This document shows, in pieces, positions 1-7,581 of a DNA stretch of 31,766 nt; positions within the stretch are counted from its first letter, which is position 1; each line of letters starts with the position of its first letter. The notes beneath the pieces are model-generated. The model was not told the DNA's origin, ran no database searches, and worked only from the letters and a program-made list of their open reading frames with translations. A program made the position numbers and the translations under genes. This DNA comes from a virus (lineage: Duplodnaviria; Caudoviricetes), in the IMG/VR virus record IMGVR_UViG_3300020403_000049, positions 1 through 31,766 of that record; one strand, written 5' to 3'.

Positions 1-405
1 AAAGTTGGTCAAATAGCTACAGGCGTCGATACAGGCGCTAGTGGTAAAATTATTAGAAGAAATCTTGATCTAGGACAAATAGTTGTAGAAGGAACTGTTA
101 ATTTTAAGAAGGACGGAGAATTAATTACATCTACAAACTCAAATGGAGTTGTAGAAACAGTAACCGCGGTTTCAACTTCAGCAGAGCATCAAGCTGCAAA
201 TTATTACACTGATACTAGTGGCTTAATTGTTGATTTAGGCGTAGATGGAAACGGTGATTTATTAGCACCTGGTGTAACAAAAAATGAAATAACTAATGAA
301 CAATCTTACTTTAATGTGAATGAAAGTTTACGTCAAATTAAAGTAATAAGACCTAATTTAATAAACACTTTAGTTACTGGCTATAAGAAAGCAATAAGAC
401 AATAA
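1..405 (+). CDS. gp53: Baseplate wedge subunit gp53-like, 5'-truncated
   Basis: Frame 1 is open from base 1 to TAA at 403-405 and is not in the ORF track. C-terminus ITNEQSYFNVNESLRQIKVIRPNLINTLV matches the T4-like gp53 end (E..N...R.I....P). Lies directly upstream of the hub and gp5 genes. Confidence 0.75.
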   Translation, partial: KVGQIATGVDTGASGKIIRRNLDLGQIVVEGTVNFKKDGELITSTNSNGVVETVTAVSTSAEHQAANYYTDTSGLIVDLGVDGNGDLLAPGVTKNEITNEQSYFNVNESLRQIKVIRPNLINTLVTGYKKAIRQ

Positions 406-406
406 A

Positions 407-1759
407 ATGAGTTATCCAACTGAACAACAGAGTGAGTACGTACTCAATTCTGCAATATTAAGTAATAGTGAAAGAAATACTGGTTTCGATATTGAAATTA
501 AAAATATTATAACTTCATTTCAAATATTTGAACACATAGAAAAACCCTACCTTACTGCACAATTTATAGTTATAGATACCTCAAATTTAATTCAAGATTA
601 TGACTTTCAAGGCGGTGAAAAATTAACAATTGATATAATTCAATCAGAAGAGCAAAATGATGGTATTTCAATAACAAAAGAATTTTTAATTGATAAAATT
701 GAAGAAACATCTCGTACTGATGAAACTACCGATTCGGTGATTTTTCATTGTGTAGAATATCATACGTTTAAATCTTCATTACAAAATATAAGTAGATCTT
801 ACACTGGACCAATTAGTGTTATAATATCTAAAATTTTTAGTGAGTATTTAGAAAGAGATGTTTTAGCATTAGGAGAAGATGGTGTAGGTACAATTAAAGT
901 TATTATACCAAATTTGAATCCAATTGAAGCATCAACTTGGTTGAAAAGAAGAGCAGTTAGCAATATAGGTATGCCTTATTTTCTTTATTCAGTGTTAGGA
1001 ACTAAAAATCTAATAATGAGAGACTTAGGCTCAATTTTTTCAGATCCAGTTATGAATATAAATGTGCCTTTCGTATATGCACCTAGTATGACATCTTCAT
1101 TACATGGAATACATAAGTATTATAATATTTTAGATTTCAAAATTTCTGAAACTGAAGATTTACAATCATTAATAGGCGAAGGTCTAGTAGGTGGTGAATA
1201 TTATTTTTATGATACTATGACAGCTGTACCATTTCGAGTGGAACATAATGTAGAGGATAATTTTAGAGAATTATCAACATTAAATTTAATCGGTGGTGAC
1301 AATGAAAGATTTGTATTTGGACCAGATTATAAATTAAACGATAAAAATATATCTACTTATAAATCACGTTCAATTACACAAATGTCATCTAGTGGTGCTT
1401 TTAATAATGGAATACGTAGTTTTAAAAGTTATCAACAAGAAAATAATTCTTCAAATCATAAAAGAAAGGTTTTTGCTAGATCGATAAAAGCTTTCCTTGC
1501 AAAATCTCCAATACAAATAACAGTCAAAGGTAGAGAATTTTTAACTGGTGATGAAAACTATACGATTGGCAAAGTCATAAGAATACTTTTTATAGATAAT
1601 GAAAGCACTAATGAAAATACGAGTCAATTACTTTTTGATACGAAAAAATCAGGTGATTACGTAATATGTGCAGCAAGACATTCTTTTGATAATGACGTTT
1701 ATAATACAACTCTTTCTTGCGGTAGACTAGGTTCGCTATCAGAGGAAATAATATTATGA
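407..1759 (+). CDS. Putative baseplate hub / tail protein (gp27-like fold)
   Basis: 450 aa between gp53 and gp5. N-terminal I.E.I..PYLTA...ID..N and C-terminal SGDYVI.A.RH.F motifs are typical of hub-like proteins of T4-like marine phages. Confidence 0.6.
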   Translation: MSYPTEQQSEYVLNSAILSNSERNTGFDIEIKNIITSFQIFEHIEKPYLTAQFIVIDTSNLIQDYDFQGGEKLTIDIIQSEEQNDGISITKEFLIDKIEETSRTDETTDSVIFHCVEYHTFKSSLQNISRSYTGPISVIISKIFSEYLERDVLALGEDGVGTIKVIIPNLNPIEASTWLKRRAVSNIGMPYFLYSVLGTKNLIMRDLGSIFSDPVMNINVPFVYAPSMTSSLHGIHKYYNILDFKISETEDLQSLIGEGLVGGEYYFYDTMTAVPFRVEHNVEDNFRELSTLNLIGGDNERFVFGPDYKLNDKNISTYKSRSITQMSSSGAFNNGIRSFKSYQQENNSSNHKRKVFARSIKAFLAKSPIQITVKGREFLTGDENYTIGKVIRILFIDNESTNENTSQLLFDTKKSGDYVICAARHSFDNDVYNTTLSCGRLGSLSEEIIL

Positions 1760-2598
1760 GTATAAATTTTTACGGTGATCAAAATAGATGGTTTGTTGGT
1801 TTAGTAGTTGATATAAACGATCCATTAAAACTCGATCGTGTCAGAGTTAGAATACAAGGGATACATACGCCTGATACAACATTAATACCAAATGAAGATT
1901 TGCCATGGGCACAAGTTTCAATACCTGTCACTGAAGATGGAAGTTCAGGTTTAGGCGCAAACTCAAGTTTAAAACCAAGAGCACAAGTATTTGGTTTTTT
2001 CTTAGATGGTAAAGATTCTCAACTACCTTTAATAATAGGATCTATACCGAAAATAGAATCTTATGCAAATCAAAGCGGTGATGCAATCGAAGGTTTACCT
2101 ACCTTTTATGAAAAGTCTGGTACCGGTGATATTGATCTTAATTTAGATGGTAATTCAAATATTGAAAAAGCTTTTAATTTTTTTGTTTCAGACGAAGGTG
2201 GTAATTACACATTCGAACAAACATGCGGTATAATAGGTAATTTTTGTGTTGAATCAGGTCCAACTTTAAATCCAAAGGCCGTGAATCCAACTGAAGGTTC
2301 CACTGGAATTGCACAATGGAATCCGGCTCAGGCTGCAGGTAATCGATTAGGTCAATTAGTTGAGTATTCAGCTAAACTTGGTTTAAATCATTTAACACTT
2401 GGTGCACAATTATTATTCACAAAATATGAACTTGAAACATTTAACTATTTAGGTGATGGTTTACTTAGAAAAACAGATAATGTTAAAGATGCAACAATTG
2501 TTTTTCAAGATGCATATGAAAGACCTAATAAAGCAGCAGCAAATACAACAAAAAGAATAAACTTCGGAAAAGAAGTTTTTGATAAACTAGTAGGATAA
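1756..2598 (+). CDS. gp5: gp5 N-terminal OB-fold domain fused to a phage tail lysozyme domain
   Basis: WFVGLVVDINDPLKLDRVRVRIQGIH...LPWA...VFGFFLDG..SQLP.IIG is the Gp5 OB domain. GIIGNFCVESG..LNP...GIAQW...QL.F...EL...YERP is the phage tail lysozyme (Phage_lysozyme2-type) motif, with the putative catalytic Glu intact. ATGA overlap with the upstream gene. Confidence 0.85.
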   Translation: MSINFYGDQNRWFVGLVVDINDPLKLDRVRVRIQGIHTPDTTLIPNEDLPWAQVSIPVTEDGSSGLGANSSLKPRAQVFGFFLDGKDSQLPLIIGSIPKIESYANQSGDAIEGLPTFYEKSGTGDIDLNLDGNSNIEKAFNFFVSDEGGNYTFEQTCGIIGNFCVESGPTLNPKAVNPTEGSTGIAQWNPAQAAGNRLGQLVEYSAKLGLNHLTLGAQLLFTKYELETFNYLGDGLLRKTDNVKDATIVFQDAYERPNKAAANTTKRINFGKEVFDKLVG

Positions 2599-2599
2599 C

Positions 2600-4753
2600 A
2601 TGTCAAATTTAATAACAGAAACTACAAGTCCAGTAAAATTAAAACCCGGTAGTTTTATTATTGCTGTATATGATAGACAATATTGGCTGCCAGAATATTA
2701 CAAAGAAATACTTAAAGAACAAGGACCAAAGTTTAGAGAATTTAGATTACAAGAAATGGTTCATTATAATTTTAATGAATCTACTGCTGTTGTAACATTT
2801 ACAGGTGATTATGGAGAGGTAAGAATTGAATATCAAGAACCTTTAAATTTGAGTAATTACGGTGTAATGCCAAAAACAACAGTTAATAATAAAGCAAAAA
2901 ATGTAAGAAAAATACAACCTGCAGAATCAAATATTTTAGAAGATCAACAAGCTAATAAAATAAGTAATGAAGGCTCAACAATTGGTAATTTTAATCAAGT
3001 AAATGGTTTTAAATCTTTATCATCATTTGCAAAAGAAGGTGAAGCAATCAGCAAAAAAATTATGCCAGTTAAATTAACCGGTGATGTTGGTGATGGTAGT
3101 TTAAAATCAATAAGCACTAACGTTAGTCAGCTAACCAGTATTTTTGGTAAGGCACCAGTTGCCGATGCAACAGGCACACTTAAAAAAATTGTTACAAGTG
3201 GTGCACCACAATCACTAATGAAACAAATGCAAAAAAATTTTTCGAGTTTACCAATACAGAAAATAAGAACATATGCATCAAATGTTTCAATAAGTCCATC
3301 AACTACAATTGAATCTCTTAAGCCAGAAAATAGCCCATCTAGAGTTTCACTAAATACAGTATCTAAAATATATAAAGAAAAACTAAAAATTAATTTAAAT
3401 AATGCAGCTTTCAATTTAAATCCTTTTGGTGCATTTCCGGGATTAGGAAGAAGTAAACAAAATTTAGCTGCACAATTTATAGGTACCATACTAAATAAAG
3501 TCGGTAGTTTTTTTGGAAATATATTAAATGGTATGAAAGTATTTGATAATCCTACACCAACCATAGTTTCATCATTCGGAGGTAATGTAAAAGATTTAAT
3601 TGAAAAAGGTGGTTCAAAAACAAATATTTCAAACTATGTAAATAAAGGAAATTTAGTTGATATTGATCCTCCGAAAATTGAATATGTTTTACAAGATCAA
3701 AATTCGTTTTTAGGATATGCAACGCCTGAAACATATAAATTTACATTTGTTACTTCGACTGAAGAATTGATTACTGAATTTAAAACGAGCTCAAGAGGTC
3801 CAACATCTATAGGTGATGATGCTATAGGTGGTTTATTCATATATGCTACTAAGAAATTTACAGGTCCTCCAGAAAAAGCTAATGCTGAAGCATTACAAAA
3901 AGGTGTTAAAAAAGTTTACTTAAGAAACTTAACCAAAGAAATTGAAGAAACAAATACAATGGCTGACGGTAAAACTGCAGCAGAAACTGCACTTGAAAGA
4001 ATCAGTATAAATCCAAATGAATATGGTATCAACTCGCATTATTTAATATTGACAGATGGAAGTTTGCAAAGAGCTAGGCCAATTGATAAAGTAAGATCTT
4101 CAGTTGCTCATCCAAGATTTAGTAAAACTGGATTGCAACTATCTTTTATATCAGGCGGAAAAATACCTAATAGTAAAATGTTTGAAACATATGATAGATT
4201 TTTAAAAGCTTGGTTTACTGTTTTTCCAGATTGCGGTGTTTACGATCATAGTGAAGCAAATACTGATAGTTCACCAAATCTTTTTGATGTAAGACAATCG
4301 GTAAAATCAAAATTTAGATTCGTATATCGTTATGATGACTTGTCTTTATTTGATGAATTTCCAACAAAGATGGAAAGAGTAATTACAAAGCCAACAACAA
4401 TTGCAAAAACTTCATCAACAATTGAAAAACCGATATCGATTGCTGAAGCTAATGAAAGAGTTGCTGATTTAGTTGAAAGTAAAAAATTTAATAATGATAT
4501 TAGTAGCGCAATAAATAAAGCAGGTGCAACATTAGCACAATTAAATGGTGAAGATAGAGATGCTATTTCAACAAAGTACGGTGCAGAAAATTTAGAATCT
4601 GGTGATTTAAAAGCAAAGATGGATGCTGATTATAAAATTTTTCAAAATGGTATGAAAGAAAAAAACAAAGAACTTAATAGCATTATAGGTAAATTAAATA
4701 CAAATGATAGAACAGTTAAATCATTTGGATTTACTTTAAATAGGAGTAAATAA
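2600..4753 (+). CDS. Baseplate-associated protein with a degenerate N-acetylmuramoyl-L-alanine amidase (Amidase_2/PGRP-like) domain
   Basis: 717 aa. YGINSHYLILTDGSLQRARP, VYDHSE and SPNLFDV resemble the T7-lysozyme/PGRP motifs (GYH.vI..DG....GR, GH.D, CP.FD). TAATG overlap with the next gene. Confidence 0.55.
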   Translation: MSNLITETTSPVKLKPGSFIIAVYDRQYWLPEYYKEILKEQGPKFREFRLQEMVHYNFNESTAVVTFTGDYGEVRIEYQEPLNLSNYGVMPKTTVNNKAKNVRKIQPAESNILEDQQANKISNEGSTIGNFNQVNGFKSLSSFAKEGEAISKKIMPVKLTGDVGDGSLKSISTNVSQLTSIFGKAPVADATGTLKKIVTSGAPQSLMKQMQKNFSSLPIQKIRTYASNVSISPSTTIESLKPENSPSRVSLNTVSKIYKEKLKINLNNAAFNLNPFGAFPGLGRSKQNLAAQFIGTILNKVGSFFGNILNGMKVFDNPTPTIVSSFGGNVKDLIEKGGSKTNISNYVNKGNLVDIDPPKIEYVLQDQNSFLGYATPETYKFTFVTSTEELITEFKTSSRGPTSIGDDAIGGLFIYATKKFTGPPEKANAEALQKGVKKVYLRNLTKEIEETNTMADGKTAAETALERISINPNEYGINSHYLILTDGSLQRARPIDKVRSSVAHPRFSKTGLQLSFISGGKIPNSKMFETYDRFLKAWFTVFPDCGVYDHSEANTDSSPNLFDVRQSVKSKFRFVYRYDDLSLFDEFPTKMERVITKPTTIAKTSSTIEKPISIAEANERVADLVESKKFNNDISSAINKAGATLAQLNGEDRDAISTKYGAENLESGDLKAKMDADYKIFQNGMKEKNKELNSIIGKLNTNDRTVKSFGFTLNRSK

Positions 4754-6156
4754 TGTCGGAAGCAGATCAGATAAGTGCTAGTGAATTAGAATCAATTAAA
4801 AATCCAAGCGATGGACGCTCTGATCCTAATAAGCAATTTCCAAGAAAAGAATATGTTGGCGTATCATCTGTAAATAATATAGCACGTGGTACAAAAGTTT
4901 CTAATGTATATATTGGTGGTAGTGTCCCTGGTCTTGATTTTGAATTAAACGATGAACCTTCTACTGAATATCCAAATAATCAAGTTAAAGAAACTGCTTC
5001 TGGTCATATCATTGAATATGATGACACCAATGGTAGAGAACGAGTGATGATAAGACATAGAACCGGATCAGGCGTTGAAATGAGAGCTGATGGTTCTGTA
5101 ATATTTAGTTCAACAAATAATACTTTAAGAATAGTTGCAGCTAATGAGAAAGCTATTATCGAAGGAGATGGTGAAGTTGTATATAATGGTAACTTAAAAA
5201 TGAGAGTTGCAGGTGATTTTGATTTAGAAGTTGGTGGCGATTTTAATGTTAATGTTACAGGAAATAAAGAAGAAATAGTTAAAAGCTCTTATATTGAATC
5301 AATAACTAAAAATAAAACTTTGACAGTTGGAGAAAATAAAGCAGAAACTATTTTAGGTGTTGATACGTTAACGGTATTAAGTGATAAAAACGAAATTATA
5401 AAAGGTAATCATGAAGCCAATGTGGAAGGTATTGTTGAAATAGATGCTGGCGGAAAGTTAATAATGTCAAGTGAAAATAAAACCATTATGACATCACCAG
5501 ATATAAACATAGCCGCAAAAAGCTTATCTGTTGTAGGTGACAGTGGAACAGTAGGTGGACATGAAATTGTTTATTACGGTAAGACGGCTCATATACCAAG
5601 AGTTAATTCAACATCAATTCATGCGTCACAAGGTGTAATAGCTGATGTTGGAATGACTGCACCGACATTTAATGGCAACTTAGCAGGTAATGCTAATACT
5701 GCAGGTAAAGCAGCAACCGCAGCAGTAGGTCCAGCAGCAGGTAGTGCGCAATCTTCAGTAACTTTTACCGAAGCAACAAATAAAAATACAGTGCAGCCTG
5801 ATACTTCAATATTAGCATCTGTTATGACGGATCCAGAATACGGTGTTAGACAAATTGAAATTGATACATTTGATGATTTAAAATTTTCTGTTAATAGAAG
5901 TAGAAACTACGGTGGAATAACAGTAAATGATTTAACTATAAAAAGCGTAAGATCAAAGTTAAGAGATCCAAACACTTTATCAAATGAAACTTTTGTAGGC
6001 GAAATTGTTTCTGAAGGATTAGTATCAAAGGATTTTGCAAATGCAATACCTCCACAGTTTGGTAAATCAGTGAGTGTAGATGATAAATCACAAAGAGGCG
6101 AAGAAGCATTAGGTCCATCAAATCCAAAAGCAAAGGTATTTCAACATGGCACGTAG
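4753..6156 (+). CDS. gp5: gp5 C-terminal part (spike beta-helix)
   Basis: YPNNQVKETASGHIIEYDDTNGRERVMIRHRTGS is the conserved gp5 post-lysozyme motif. It is followed by 8-residue V.G(D/N) beta-helix repeats (VAGDFDLEVGGDFNVNVTGN). Confidence 0.85.
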   Translation: MSEADQISASELESIKNPSDGRSDPNKQFPRKEYVGVSSVNNIARGTKVSNVYIGGSVPGLDFELNDEPSTEYPNNQVKETASGHIIEYDDTNGRERVMIRHRTGSGVEMRADGSVIFSSTNNTLRIVAANEKAIIEGDGEVVYNGNLKMRVAGDFDLEVGGDFNVNVTGNKEEIVKSSYIESITKNKTLTVGENKAETILGVDTLTVLSDKNEIIKGNHEANVEGIVEIDAGGKLIMSSENKTIMTSPDINIAAKSLSVVGDSGTVGGHEIVYYGKTAHIPRVNSTSIHASQGVIADVGMTAPTFNGNLAGNANTAGKAATAAVGPAAGSAQSSVTFTEATNKNTVQPDTSILASVMTDPEYGVRQIEIDTFDDLKFSVNRSRNYGGITVNDLTIKSVRSKLRDPNTLSNETFVGEIVSEGLVSKDFANAIPPQFGKSVSVDDKSQRGEEALGPSNPKAKVFQHGT

Positions 6157-7072
6157 AGTAGAAATAGTACCAAACGGTTTTTATGATCCAGGAAATCAAC
6201 CTACGATAAGTGGTAGAACTAGATTAACTCAAACCACAACACTAGCAAAATTTTTAGGAAGTCATAGCGATCCTAATGGTTTAAGTCATTTAAGTAATTC
6301 TGATAAATTATTATTAGCTAAACAATACTATTTACACGCTGAAGTGATAGAACTTATAAATTCATCGCCAGGGTTAAGAGGAGCAAAAGGATTTGAAAAT
6401 TTTAGAATGGTTGTATCAGAAGGATATTATAGAGAAGGACCAAGTGAAGATTTAGATGTTACTGATGGAATTAACTATTTAAAAACAAATGGTAGAGCTG
6501 TTGTATATGAACTGATAAATCAAAAAGGTGAAATAGCATTTGATAAAACATTTGACTTAGCTGTGTATTTAAAAAATAATATCGAATACGAAAAATTAAT
6601 ATTAAATTATGATAGTTATAATCCCGATGGAACTTTACATGTTGATATTATATTAATAATGCCTGAAATCATATCACCTTGGTCTGTAACTTACAATAAC
6701 ATAATAGAAACGCGTTTTAATAATTCAGTACAAGCAACTGGTGAATTACTTGAAATAGGTGAAGAAGAAAAAACCGAAGAAACAGGTTCAGAACCACTTG
6801 ATGAAAGTAAACCGTTTGCAGTTTTTGGTACAAGCAATTTTGGTTCTACTGCAGGAAAAAAAGGATATTTTTATCCTTTATATACTCAAAAAAGTAAAGT
6901 TAGTGGAGACAGCCATGTTCATACGTTTATTGAATATACCGGTATAACGTTCTATATGCCTTTATCAGATCAAAATCATGCAAAACCTACATTTAATCAA
7001 AACTTATATAATTTATATCCATCAGAAAAAAGTTCAACCGGTACATCAAGTTCAGGTGCCGGTGAATACTGA
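6146..7072 (+). CDS. Hypothetical baseplate-region protein: degenerate peptidase M15-like domain, small His-containing domain, Ser-rich tail
   Basis: RLTQTTTLAKF, VVSEGYYR, NGRAV and YEKLILNY...GTLHVDI echo M15A/Peptidase_M15_3 motifs (LS..F.L.EF, SGYR, SxHxxGxAxD, DQLI.E...HVS). Confidence 0.45.
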   Translation: MARRVEIVPNGFYDPGNQPTISGRTRLTQTTTLAKFLGSHSDPNGLSHLSNSDKLLLAKQYYLHAEVIELINSSPGLRGAKGFENFRMVVSEGYYREGPSEDLDVTDGINYLKTNGRAVVYELINQKGEIAFDKTFDLAVYLKNNIEYEKLILNYDSYNPDGTLHVDIILIMPEIISPWSVTYNNIIETRFNNSVQATGELLEIGEEEKTEETGSEPLDESKPFAVFGTSNFGSTAGKKGYFYPLYTQKSKVSGDSHVHTFIEYTGITFYMPLSDQNHAKPTFNQNLYNLYPSEKSSTGTSSSGAGEY

Positions 7073-7082
7073 TGAATTTATG

Positions 7083-7090
7083 TATAAATA
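7083..7090 (+). promoter_or_regulatory. T4-type late promoter (gp55 sigma)
   Basis: Exact TATAAATA, intergenic, 17 nt before the gp25 ATG and followed by an AAGGA Shine-Dalgarno. Confidence 0.85.
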
Positions 7091-7107
7091 GAACATAAGG
7101 AAGTACT

Positions 7108-7581
7108 ATGCCAACAAGAGTTTTTTCAAATGAAGATGGAAATCCAAATGCAAAAAGCATTGTTGTCACTAGAGTAAAACAAAACTCTGATATTGATTTA
7201 AGCTTTGCTTCAAAATTTATCGGTACAGATAGTGCTGGTGTTAACGTAAAGGCTGATATATTTAAAAAAACAAATGCAGCCGCAGTTAAGCAAGCTGTAA
7301 GAACATTATTATTAACTAATTATACTGAAAGACCTTTCATGCAAAGATTTGGTGGAAACCTTTCAGACATGCTTTTTAGATTAAGTACCGAGATAGATGA
7401 TGCTGGCTTGGAAAAAAGAATTTCTAATGCAATTGAAAGTTATGAACCAAGAGTACAAATATTAAACATCAATACTGTAGTAAGTCCAGATAATAATGAC
7501 GTAAGAGTAACTGTTAGATTCTTAATATTATCTACATTACAACAAGAGAGTGTTGAACTAAATTTAACAAGGTTAAGATAA
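7108..7581 (+). CDS. gp25: Baseplate wedge subunit gp25
   Basis: DIDLSF...AVKQAVRTLLLTNYTERPF...FGGNL..MLF...I..YEPRV is the GPW_gp25 signature. Confidence 0.92.
   Translation: MPTRVFSNEDGNPNAKSIVVTRVKQNSDIDLSFASKFIGTDSAGVNVKADIFKKTNAAAVKQAVRTLLLTNYTERPFMQRFGGNLSDMLFRLSTEIDDAGLEKRISNAIESYEPRVQILNINTVVSPDNNDVRVTVRFLILSTLQQESVELNLTRLR

Noticed and set aside
2596-2602. Stop-codon reassignment or readthrough joining the split gp5 genes
   Set aside because: Adjacent ORFs are in different frames, and standard-code ORFs already tile the window at very high density, with TAA, TAG and TGA all used as stops.
2600-4753. Intervening gene as a homing endonuclease, intron or mobile element in gp5
   Set aside because: No HNH, GIY-YIG or LAGLIDADG motif and no non-coding flanks. 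It is closely coupled to its neighbours and carries a cell-wall-related fold.
6759-6947. 62-aa plus-strand ORF
   Set aside because: Nested out of frame inside the 308-aa gene, with Lys-rich shadow composition.
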